Part shown: positions 1 to 8,747 of the stretch, piece after piece
Numbering within the stretch: position 1 is the stretch's first letter
Layout: every line of letters starts with the position of its first letter
DNA from: a virus
Taxonomy: Duplodnaviria > Caudoviricetes
IMG/VR virus record: IMGVR_UViG_3300028797_000093
Length of the DNA: 64,000 nt
Direction: 5' to 3' (one strand)
Notes under the pieces: model-generated
The model's database searches: none
Told to the model about the DNA's origin: nothing
What the model saw: only the letters and a program-made list of their open reading frames with translations
Made by a program: the position numbers and the translations under genes

Positions 1-304
1 TACCACCAATCTGCATAGCCAATGTAGTTTTACCACAACCAGATCTTCCTATAAACATACACATAGATCCATCAGCTATACCAACAGAGTATTGCTGTTT
101 ATAAGTATTATCTGGCATTCTGATATTGATTACTGTTCCATTCATAAAATCAAAGTTCAGAAAACCTGTTGGATATTGTACAGTAATCTGAGCTTCTTGT
201 TTCATCTTATAGTCTTTTAGTTTAGAGACTTTATCTCTGAATTTATCAGTTAGATTATTAAATCCAGCTGATTCAATTGTGATTGTTGATGCAGATTTAG
301 CCAT
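1..304 (-). CDS. RecA/UvsX-like recombinase, N-terminal part (runs off window)
   Basis: Manual translation from ATG at 304: MAKSAST...YPTGFLNFDFMNG...GIADGSMCMFIGRSGCGKTTLAMQIGG. Walker A preceded by a RecA-like TG..D...G segment. Confidence 0.7.
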   Translation of the reverse strand, partial: MAKSASTITIESAGFNNLTDKFRDKVSKLKDYKMKQEAQITVQYPTGFLNFDFMNGTVINIRMPDNTYKQQYSVGIADGSMCMFIGRSGCGKTTLAMQIGG

Positions 305-320
305 ACTATTCTCCTCTTCT

Positions 321-848
321 TTAAATCTTTTCTACTTCATCAGGTCCAAGTACTTCAAACTCAGGAGCTTCTTCATCGAAAAGAACTTCTGGTTTATCGT
401 ATGAATTATATGTAGTCTTATTTTCGTTTACTTCTTCTTTTTCACAAGAACAATAATGTTTAGCATCATTAATTCCACTATTATAGAATTGATTACCAAC
501 CTTAATGATAAGATCATTATATTCATCTTGAAGATCCTTCATATTCTCTGTAGCAATATATAGAAGGAAATTGAAAATAACTTCCATATTATCATCACTG
601 GAATTGATCAGATTAATCATTGCTTTAAATAGATCATCACCAGTTACATTATTAATATTACCATTAGATCCCATTAGGATATTCATGGCTTCTTCTACTT
701 TATTGATCCTATTAAAGAGATTATAAAACTCTTTATATTCCTCTTCATCAAATCTTACACTTTCCCTATTCTTCATAGGGATTATTACAAACTTATTGTC
801 ACCAATAACAGTTCCTTCTATACTGTCATTAATCTCAATTCTATCCAT
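321..848 (-). CDS. hypothetical protein
   Basis: 175-aa ORF with GAAAGGA RBS; AACA-N6-TA motif upstream at 886-897. Confidence 0.7.
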   Translation of the reverse strand: MDRIEINDSIEGTVIGDNKFVIIPMKNRESVRFDEEEYKEFYNLFNRINKVEEAMNILMGSNGNINNVTGDDLFKAMINLINSSDDNMEVIFNFLLYIATENMKDLQDEYNDLIIKVGNQFYNSGINDAKHYCSCEKEEVNENKTTYNSYDKPEVLFDEEAPEFEVLGPDEVEKI

Positions 849-960
849 TATATAGAATTTCCTTTCTATGAGAGATTATTCTTAGTAATATTTTGTTCTG
901 GTTTATATAAAAAATAAATATGACCAATACCCATGTAGAGTATTGGTCATATTATATAAT

Positions 961-1854
961 TTAAGGGATATATATATCGCTAGCAATAAGTCCTTCTACT
1001 ACATTATTGATCTTATTATAATCATTACTAATACTCCTAAAGGAGAATCTGGTCTGAGGACACTTATTGGTTTTCCATTCTTCTACATATCCTCTTAGAA
1101 GTATATCAATCTTATCACTAGGGAGATTATTAACTATAGTAAGAATAGCAATACTGATATTAGAGTAATTATTCATAAAATCATATCCAAAATCATCTTC
1201 CTCTTCTTCAGTATAAGTCTCAAACATAATACCAGAGAAGAGTGAAGAGATACTATCGTATAGAATCTCATAGATATAAATAATATTCTGTAGAGTAATG
1301 ATGTTACTGTTCATCTTACAGAGGACAAAGTTTAGTCTTTCTGTATTAATCTTCTCATTACCACTACTATATCTACAGATTGCTATATTACAAGCATCAA
1401 TAGTAGATAATCCAAGATCCATTAATCTCTTAATTGTAGTTCTATTTACAATATTGGAGAGATTAATAAGTTTATTCTTAACTGTATTATCTATATGATC
1501 TTCAGATAGAGTAATGTAGTCATATGCAAGTTTATTACATCCAAGAATAGTATTATATGTGATAGCATTACTGCTAATTACTTCAGTGAATATATCCAAA
1601 AATCTATAATCTTGGAATATACCAACATAATCTGCATCGTTATTAATAATATCATTGATAATCTGATCAATATTTGCTTGGATAAAAGCTTTAAGATTAC
1701 TATTATCCATATTGGCTATATTATGAAGAGTTCTTTTAAATAGATCTCTGTTAATATTAGCATTATTCATAATATTGTATTCCACTTTTACTCTCTCCTC
1801 TTCTTTTGGAGCTGTTGCTACTCGTTGAAAGAATTGATCTAACTTATTACTCAT
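961..1854 (-). CDS. hypothetical protein
   Basis: 297-aa ORF followed by a hairpin terminator at ~918-952. Confidence 0.75.
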   Translation of the reverse strand: MSNKLDQFFQRVATAPKEEERVKVEYNIMNNANINRDLFKRTLHNIANMDNSNLKAFIQANIDQIINDIINNDADYVGIFQDYRFLDIFTEVISSNAITYNTILGCNKLAYDYITLSEDHIDNTVKNKLINLSNIVNRTTIKRLMDLGLSTIDACNIAICRYSSGNEKINTERLNFVLCKMNSNIITLQNIIYIYEILYDSISSLFSGIMFETYTEEEEDDFGYDFMNNYSNISIAILTIVNNLPSDKIDILLRGYVEEWKTNKCPQTRFSFRSISNDYNKINNVVEGLIASDIYIP

Positions 1855-1969
1855 ATATAAAATTATACCCCCATAAATTAGATTAAATTTTCTTTTTTAT
1901 CTAATTTATAGTATATAATTTAATTTTCCTTTAAAATTGGTATATCATTAAAAATAAATTGATATACCC

Positions 1970-2140
1970 CTTCCTGAGTCTATTCAAATGAATTAACTTG
2001 GGAAGCCATTTTTGCATGAAATGCGTCTAAAACGCATTTACAGTCTATTTACACAGGAAACCCTCAATTTTTGCATATTTTGCTATTTTAGTATTCCTAA
2101 AGTGATTGATTTCTATAGAATCTCTATTTTTAACAATTTT
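1970..2140. repeat. dispersed ~170-bp non-coding repeat, copy 1
   Basis: Colinear similarity to 3486-3654: CTTCCTGAG..TATTCAA.TGAAT, AAATGC...AAAACGCATTT, TTACACAG, TTCCTAAAGTGATTGATTT.TATAGAATCT. Confidence 0.8.
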
Positions 2141-2533
2141 CAAGATTTTTATGATAAAATTTTCTCTAACTATAGTTTACTTTATAGATATATATAATAC
2201 GTATTATATATAAAATATTATATGGTAATTAAATATAATTATATACTAATAGTATACCATGGTATAATATTAGTATAATAATAATAAGATATTATTACTA
2301 TTTATAGACGTTAATATAGTTATATATACTATTATGACTTCTATATATACGTATTTATAGTTATATATATTATATACGTTTTATTACTTCTATCTTTAGT
2401 TCTTCTACTTTTATTACTTCTGTTGGCAATGCCGCCCGAGTCTCAATAATATGTCGCAAAATAATATTTTTTTAATTTTAGGTAATTCTGAGAGTACCTA
2501 AATCAATAGGTACTCTCATTTTTATAGTATTTT

Positions 2534-2680
2534 TTAATCCTTTTTATCCTTATCTTTATCTTCTTTATCTTTAATCCTTTCTCTATCTTGTTCATTAAGG
2601 GTATTAAACCCTAGACCATAACCAGCTACAAAACCCTGTTCATTAATTACACCAACTTGGTTATTCTTATCTTCTTTCAT
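2534..2680 (-). CDS. small hypothetical protein (48 aa, KD-rich tail)
   Basis: Manual translation MKEDKNNQVGVINDRVFVAGYGLGFNTLNEQDRERIKDKEDKDKDKKD*; GGAAGGAG RBS; hairpin terminator at ~2488-2518. Confidence 0.6.
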   Translation of the reverse strand: MKEDKNNQVGVINEQGFVAGYGLGFNTLNEQDRERIKDKEDKDKDKKD

Positions 2681-2702
2681 TATTATTTCTCCTTCCTATG
2701 AT

Positions 2703-3431
2703 TTATACTGTTTGTCTTTCTACTTTCTTCTGTCTATTATTAATAGTATAAGGAGTCATATAATCTTTATTAAGAATATTAGTATATAAACCAGCAGCTA
2801 TCATATAACTATTGAGCATATTCTTAGCTAAAGATTGCTGCTTATCTATTACAATATCATCTTCAACTATTTGTCCAGTTAAGTTTATCTGTTGATAAGC
2901 TTGATCTTTAGAATCCATATAATCAGCTCTCCATGTAGAAAGTTCTCTAAAAGTTTTATCAAGACCCATTACATTAAGAGCTTCCATTTCTCTATCTGAA
3001 GTTTTACCATTCTTATCTATAGATACAAGAAGACCAGTCTTCATATCTCTAGTATCTCTACCAGTAGACATAGCATTCTTTTTAGTAATGAACTGTTTCA
3101 TCTTTTTAAGATGAATATAGAATACTAATCCTGGAGGAGACATTACAGGTTGTCCTTGTTTATTTTCATATAGATAAGGAAGAGCAATCTTTTCCAATAG
3201 AGGAACCTTTAATACATCAAGACCTTTCTTAATATCAGTCATTGTGGGATTGATATCGAATACTCTTGTATGAAATCTGAAAGGAAGATCTTTCTTACAA
3301 AAATCTTCAAACTGTTTATCACTCATTGTAGAGAATAGTCTTTTATAATAAGTAGTATTAGATCCTGTTTTATCTACAGCATCCATGTATTTATATACTA
3401 ACTCTTCTGCTTTTTCTCTCTTTGGAGTCAT
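2703..3431 (-). CDS. multisubunit RNA polymerase beta subunit, C-terminal split fragment
   Basis: FYIHLKKMKQFITKKNAMSTG...TGLL...GKTSDREMEAL aligns by eye to the RpoB C-terminus YMLKL.HMV.DK.HARSTG...GGQRFGEMEVWAL. Confidence 0.75.
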   Translation of the reverse strand: MTPKREKAEELVYKYMDAVDKTGSNTTYYKRLFSTMSDKQFEDFCKKDLPFRFHTRVFDINPTMTDIKKGLDVLKVPLLEKIALPYLYENKQGQPVMSPPGLVFYIHLKKMKQFITKKNAMSTGRDTRDMKTGLLVSIDKNGKTSDREMEALNVMGLDKTFRELSTWRADYMDSKDQAYQQINLTGQIVEDDIVIDKQQSLAKNMLNSYMIAAGLYTNILNKDYMTPYTINNRQKKVERQTV

Positions 3432-3485
3432 ATTTTATCAAAACCTCCATTTTTGGATATTAGTTTAATTTTTATTGAATAGGTG

Positions 3486-3654
3486 CTTCCTGAGAGTATT
3501 CAATTGAATACACTGAGAAAGGCAAAAATGCTCTGAAATGCATTAAAACGCATTTTCTGTCTACTTACACAGTAAAGTGTTAAAAATGACAAAATTTGAA
3601 AATTTGTCTTCCTAAAGTGATTGATTTTTATAGAATCTATATTTTTAATAATTT
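3486..3654. repeat. dispersed ~170-bp non-coding repeat, copy 2
   Basis: Similar to 1970-2140; core palindrome GTATTCAATTGAATAC. Confidence 0.8.
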
Positions 3655-3747
3655 ATGTTATTTTTAGAGATTTTTATCATTTATTTTAGTGTTGTTTAAA
3701 TAAAAAATAAGAGAGATAGCTCATATAGAACTATCTCTTTATTATAT

Positions 3748-3966
3748 TTATATAGACCTATATTTTCTAAGTCTATCAAATTTATCTTCAGTATAATTGT
3801 TTTTATTACTATCTTTTATAGGAGTTATAATAATCTTATTTTCATCAGTAACTTCTACAAGAACTTTAGTATCTTCTTCAAATTTCATACTACTATGATT
3901 AGGAAATCTTATCCCAAATCCATTACCCATTTTCAATATAGTACTCTTAGTTCTAAAGATAACCAA
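3748..3966 (-). CDS. AbrB/MazE/SpoVT-family DNA-binding protein
   Basis: KMGNGFGIRFP...EDTKVLVEVTDENKIIITP swapped-hairpin pattern. Confidence 0.7.
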   Translation of the reverse strand: MVIFRTKSTILKMGNGFGIRFPNHSSMKFEEDTKVLVEVTDENKIIITPIKDSNKNNYTEDKFDRLRKYRSI

Positions 3967-4009
3967 TACTATTCATCCCCTTCATAAAAGTATTAGTATT
4001 AAAATTATC

Positions 4010-4207
4010 TTATTTATTATCTATTAATTTTCTTAAACAATCAATACAGTAATCTTTCTCATTAATATCTGGAATTTGAGTAGTATGTAAATCAGTATTA
4101 TGAATTAATTTACCACACATATCACAATACTCATCCCAAGCATACCAAATATAATTATTAGGATTTTTCTTTATATCAAATGGAAACTTTTTAATATTAG
4201 TTTTCAT
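4010..4207 (-). CDS. small Zn-finger hypothetical protein
   Basis: CDMC...CIDC. Confidence 0.55.
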   Translation of the reverse strand: MKTNIKKFPFDIKKNPNNYIWYAWDEYCDMCGKLIHNTDLHTTQIPDINEKDYCIDCLRKLIDNK

Positions 4208-4806
4208 TCAAACAATAACCTACTTTTTAGATTCTGGGTAATCTTATTATCTTTTTCCCAATCTTTGGAGATTTGATTCATCTTCTTATGAAAAGCTCTT
4301 AATTCTCTCTCATTAAGTTCCATAGGATTATCATCAATTGTTTTTGCTTTCAATACATGACAATTATAATCACTATCTCTATAGATAATTACTCTAAGAG
4401 ATTCTAATCCATCTATATCATATTTCTTATATACAAGACTATGAGGATAAGCATCAGAATCTAGTATATACCCGAGATTCTTAATCTCTTCATCTGCAAT
4501 AATATAAGGCTTTAATTTATACTTACCATTATTGAGAAATCTTACTTTCATATAGAAACCATATAGTTCTTCTTTAGTAAGAACAGAAGGATAATCTTGA
4601 CTTTGGCTTAGATTATTTGCTTTATAATAATTTCCATCTGGAGCATAGTGAGTATAACTATAAATCCAATATTCTTCTGTATCAAATTTACTGATATTTA
4701 CAATTCTTCTATCGTCTTTAATATAAACATTTTCGATGAATTTAATAAAACCATTCTTGGATAAATATGAATCAATATTATCAGACATAATCTTTCTAAT
4801 ATTCAT
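4204..4806 (-). CDS. hypothetical protein
   Basis: 200-aa ORF with GGAGG RBS. Confidence 0.7.
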   Translation of the reverse strand: MNIRKIMSDNIDSYLSKNGFIKFIENVYIKDDRRIVNISKFDTEEYWIYSYTHYAPDGNYYKANNLSQSQDYPSVLTKEELYGFYMKVRFLNNGKYKLKPYIIADEEIKNLGYILDSDAYPHSLVYKKYDIDGLESLRVIIYRDSDYNCHVLKAKTIDDNPMELNERELRAFHKKMNQISKDWEKDNKITQNLKSRLLFE

Positions 4807-5278
4807 ATATTAAACCTCCTGATTAATTATATTATATATAATTAATTGTTTTAATTCTATTAAAAATAAGCAGTATAGAGTATTTCCATACTGCTTTATT
4901 AATATTATTACTGGATAATGATTTAATATGCTATAAGAAGTAATTACCCACAAGAACAACTCATGCGAAGGAATTATATCTATTATATACTCTTATATAT
5001 CTAAATATTATTATGACTTCTTATAGAGTATTTATATCTTAAACTAAACTAAGCGAAGCATTTACACTTAACGCCAAGATAATTCTAAACTAAGCTTAAC
5101 ACTATCGAATAACTAAACAACACGAAGAGCTTACGCTAAGTTCGATTAACTAAGCGAAGAGTAATAAACGAATAGAAGAAATAATAAACTAAAACAAGAT
5201 TTATATATAATAAAAGATTATACTACTATGAGTAGTATATCTAACCATAAAAAAGTTTACTCGGGTAAAAATTAAAAA

Positions 5279-6541
5279 TTAATTTAAACCAAATACCTTC
5301 ATAGGATCAATATCATTCCCTAGATCTACAAAGGTTACTTGGTCATCATGGAATTGTTTCATAGAGTTTACTTTCAATACACTAGGAATCTGTTGTGTAA
5401 GAAGTCCTATATTAGTAATACCTAGCTTATAAACCAAATCTCCAGCACATTTATTACAAATCCCCTCATGAGATTCACACATAGCAGAGAATCTGAAATT
5501 AACAGTCTTACCAATATACTGATTTTTATTTTGAGAATTTAATTGAACCAGTTTACCATTCTCAACCATATAAGAATACATCATCAGATCAGCCATAGAA
5601 TCATTAAGAACTACTTTTAGAGTTCTTTTTGTTCCACAATCAGATCCTTCAGGTAGTAATTTTACATGACCAAAAGCATAAGTAAATAGTTTCTCCCAAT
5701 AACCTCCAAGTTCTGTTTTCTTAGATCTTGCGTATGGTCCAGCACTTAGAGAATTAGCCAGTTTAGAATATTCTTCTTTAGGAATACCATTAATGAAATT
5801 ACCAGTAATAGCATTATATCCCTTAGTAGGATCAGGATCTTTTACTGAACCTCTCATTACAAAGATATTCTTAAAGTTATTATCAAAAGATCCAATACCA
5901 GAATTAAACAGATCCATAGCAGGGTCATCTAGTAGGATCTCTCTACTCTTGGAGAGTAACTCATTAGATATAGCATCAGTGGTAAAGATATCACCATTCT
6001 GTACTTTATCAAGATTCTCTTTAACCAATTTTTTCTTATCTGGTTCTATTTTATCAGCTATAGTGATAATATTATCAGACCAAGATGGGGAAATAACAGA
6101 TACAAACTGCATAAAGAATTGGTACTTAAATAAATAATCTTTATAACTCTCTGTGGTTATTCTATTCTCTAATAGAGCATAAGTAAGAGTACTATAAATC
6201 TTATTATATAGCTTCTTGGTAAGATCTTCATTAATATACCCAGTTACCATAGCAATAGAAGGATCAGCAAATATAAAGAATATATTGAAAATCCATCTAC
6301 CAACTGTAGTGACAAAGGAATTTGAGTTAGTAATCTTCTTTCCATCAACCTCATAACCAATAGATCCATGAGGAATAGTAATTAAGTCATATGTATTAAA
6401 TCTTCTCTTACCACCAAACTCACCAAACATATCCATTATAGTTTCTTGAGTAATATCTGATGGTTTAAGAGATAGTAGATATTCTATATCTTTATAATCT
6501 TTAATCTCTTTAGAGACTCTCTTATATGTATTAGTAGCCAT
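5279..6541 (-). CDS. multisubunit RNA polymerase beta-prime subunit, split fragment (bridge helix to trigger loop)
   Basis: TTVGR, ITGNFINGI..EEY, KTELGGY, SDCGT, RFSAMC...GICNKCAG (Zn site) and SMKQFH match RpoC motifs TTVGR/NFREGL/KTA.SGY/DCGT/RSPLTC..C.KCYG/TMRTFH. Confidence 0.85.
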   Translation of the reverse strand: MATNTYKRVSKEIKDYKDIEYLLSLKPSDITQETIMDMFGEFGGKRRFNTYDLITIPHGSIGYEVDGKKITNSNSFVTTVGRWIFNIFFIFADPSIAMVTGYINEDLTKKLYNKIYSTLTYALLENRITTESYKDYLFKYQFFMQFVSVISPSWSDNIITIADKIEPDKKKLVKENLDKVQNGDIFTTDAISNELLSKSREILLDDPAMDLFNSGIGSFDNNFKNIFVMRGSVKDPDPTKGYNAITGNFINGIPKEEYSKLANSLSAGPYARSKKTELGGYWEKLFTYAFGHVKLLPEGSDCGTKRTLKVVLNDSMADLMMYSYMVENGKLVQLNSQNKNQYIGKTVNFRFSAMCESHEGICNKCAGDLVYKLGITNIGLLTQQIPSVLKVNSMKQFHDDQVTFVDLGNDIDPMKVFGLN

Positions 6542-6604
6542 ATACCGCTAACCTCATTTCTTATAGAACTTTTATTTATTATAAAGTTCAATCTAATAGA
6601 AATA

Positions 6605-6726
6605 GATAGATAATAGAAGAAGGTACCCGACATACCTTCTTCTATTATTTTGTCATCATAGGAGGTGAAATAACCATGGCAGACGTACAAGGAATCCGAC
6701 CGTAAGGTGATCCGGCTCATCACCTT
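6605..6726 (-). ncRNA. candidate small RNA with anti-RBS segment
   Basis: AACA-N6-TA motif at 6726-6737; 5' hairpin AAGGTGAT/ATCACCTT; central GTCTGCCATGGTTATTTCACCTCCT; 16-bp hairpin at 6610-6648; no ORF on this strand. Confidence 0.45.
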
Positions 6727-6795
6727 ACTATTTTGTTACGCAATTCAATTACAATAGGTTACAAAAAGTTACAAAATTATTACAAAAGATACTGG

Positions 6796-7561
6796 TTTAA
6801 ATGATAGGGCGGCGCCAACGTCCCAGGAGGCATTACCAGAGTAGTTGCCGAGGCCAACACAGAAAGCACCACAAGCGAGTCCACGCGTAGAACGACCACC
6901 ACGACGAGAATAATTTGTACCACTACTTTGATAAAAATAATATATAGTTTAAATGATAGGGCGGCGCCACGGTCCCAACCAGCAGCACTAACAGTTGCAT
7001 GTAAATAAATACAGAAAATACCACAATAGAGCCCACGGCTTGAAATACCACCACGAAGAGTATAATTTATATTACTACTTTGATAAAAATAATTATTATT
7101 AATTTAAATGATATGGCGGCACCATGATTCCAATTTACATTAGTAGCAGGATTATGTAAAGCAACAGAAAAAGTACCACAAGCAAACCCAATGGCAGAAG
7201 AACCACCACGCAGGGCATAACGAGTACCACTACTTTGATAAAAATATATTATATAATATGGTTTAAATGATAAGGCAGCGCCAGTGTACCAATATGTCGC
7301 CCCGAAGGAGCCACTGAGAACAATAGAAGCGAAACCACAACGAAAACTATCACCAGAGTCACCGCCACGATAAGAATAATGAGCACCACTACTTCGATAA
7401 AAATAATCACAATTGGTTTAAATGATATGGTAGCGCCATAGTCCCAGCCAGCAGCACCAGAGTAGTAGTTGAGACCAACATATGCGAAACCACAGAGAAA
7501 GCCATAACTAGAGCGACCACCACGATAAGAATAGTGAGCACCACTACTTTGATAAAAATAA
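6796..7561 (-). repeat. Array A: 5 variable-region-like cassettes (6796-6940, 6948-7092, 7103-7246, 7262-7406, 7417-7561)
   Basis: Each unit runs TTTAAATGATA..GC.GC.CCA ... CCACCACGA ... CTACTTTGATAAAAATA on the plus strand. The minus frame encodes YFYQSS..RGG..G..CG...W..GAALSFK variants. Confidence 0.95.
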
Positions 7562-7575
7562 TCACAATAAAAAGA

Positions 7576-7615
7576 AAAAAAGAAAGTAGGAATCGCACAA
7601 CCTACTTTCTTTTTT
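7576..7615. terminator. intrinsic terminator (bidirectional)
   Basis: AAAAAAGAAAGTAGG-N10-CCTACTTTCTTTTTT. Confidence 0.85.
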
Positions 7616-7770
7616 GCCCGTTAGCTGGACCGCTCTATCTGACTAGTCTTATAGTCTTTCAGATAGTAAGACTTGTTTGTAGTTTCTCAAAGTCCTCACA
7701 TCTTTGAGTCTTTCAAACTGCAGAATTCTGATTATATGAATTGTCTTACAAAACTTATCAGAACTCTACT
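7576..7770 (-). ncRNA. candidate structured ncRNA between arrays A and B
   Basis: Promoter-like ATTATATATAAT at 7774-7785; nested inverted repeats 7666-7672/7743-7749, 7675-7679/7714-7718 and 7686-7692/7702-7708; hairpin 7635-7666; terminator; no ORF. Confidence 0.45.
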
Positions 7771-7797
7771 ATTATTATATATAATCAAAAATAATTA

Positions 7798-8574
7798 TTT
7801 AAATGATAGGGCGGCACCAATGTCCCAGTATGTCCCAGAAAATGAATAGTACAGGCGAACACAGAAAATACCACAAGCTAGTCCACTGCGCGAGTTACCA
7901 CCACGATAGGAATATCGTGTACTACTACTTTGATAAAAATAATCACTCATTGGTTTAAATGATATAGCGGCGCTAAGATTCCAGCGTGAATAACTAGCAG
8001 AATGCATACCATTAATACAGAAAATACCACAATAGAGTCCAGTGCCCGAATAACCACCACGAAGATTATAATAAACACCACCATTACTTTGATAAAAATA
8101 ATACCATAGGTTAAATGATATGGCAGCGCCAAGATACCAAGAGGTCGTTCCGGAAAAGGCACTAAGACCAACAAAGAAAACACCATAACCAAGCCCATTG
8201 CCAGAGCCACCACTACGAAGACTATAGTGAGCACCACTACTTTAATAAAAATATATTATTATTAATTTAAATGATAGTGTAGCGCCAATATCCCAGCCGG
8301 TACTAGATAGTGAAGCACTGAGATGAACACAGAAAACACCACAATTAAACCCACGGTATGAAGTACAACCACGAATACTATAGTGAGCACCAGTACTTTG
8401 ATAAAAATAATCACAATAATAATTGTCTTATTTAAATGATAGTGCAGCGCCACGGTACCAGCCGATAACACCAGAGTAGTAGTTGAGATCAACATAGAAA
8501 ACGCCACAATTAAGACCACTGCTACAGCGACCACCACGAAGAGTATAATGAGTACTACTACTTTGATAAAAATA
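7798..8574 (-). repeat. Array B: 5 variable-region-like cassettes (7798-7942, 7954-8101, 8110-8253, 8266-8410, 8431-8574)
   Basis: Same conserved ends and encoded module as array A, e.g. DYFYQSSSTRYSYRGGNSRSGLACGIFCVRLYYSFSGTYWDIGAALSFK. Confidence 0.95.
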
Positions 8575-8584
8575 TATTTTATAT

Positions 8585-8626
8585 AAAAAAGATAAGTGGT
8601 GCAAGGGGATTAGCACCACTTATCTT
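8585..8626 (-). terminator. intrinsic terminator directly upstream of array B
   Basis: 14-bp stem AAGATAAGTGGTGC/GCACCACTTATCTT with an A-run on its left (U-tail on the minus strand). Confidence 0.85.
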
Positions 8627-8743
8627 AACGGAAGGGACAATGTGAATTTCTCTTTATATAGTCATATATATGACCTCTCTGATTGCCTCCGGGGTATCGG
8701 GAGACATTATTTAGCTTATAACAAGCTCTATTCACATTGTCAT
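8585..8743 (-). ncRNA. candidate multi-branched ncRNA
   Basis: Perfect AATTGTATATTAT motif at 8748-8760 (minus); 12-bp closing stem 8636-8647/8730-8741 enclosing three hairpins; terminator; no ORF on this strand. Confidence 0.55.
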
Positions 8744-8747
8744 AATT

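Noticed and set aside
6676-6705. Plus-strand mini-ORF MADVQGIRP with AGGAGG RBS
   Set aside because: Not annotated as a CDS: no plus-strand promoter motif is evident and a strong hairpin lies just upstream. Kept only as an alternative to the sRNA model.
6796-8574. CRISPR array interpretation of the periodic repeats (also 35465-36392)
   Set aside because: The period is ~155 bp, the interiors are homologous to each other and keep a protein frame, the junction sequences vary, and no cas genes are seen.
7407-8619. ORF-track calls over the arrays (7407-7598, 7795-8007, 7947-8237, 8262-8537, 8428-8619; also 35334-35546, 35614-35886, 36253-36462)
   Set aside because: These are off-frame or antisense by-products of the cassettes, or in-frame pieces with incidental starts and no RBS.
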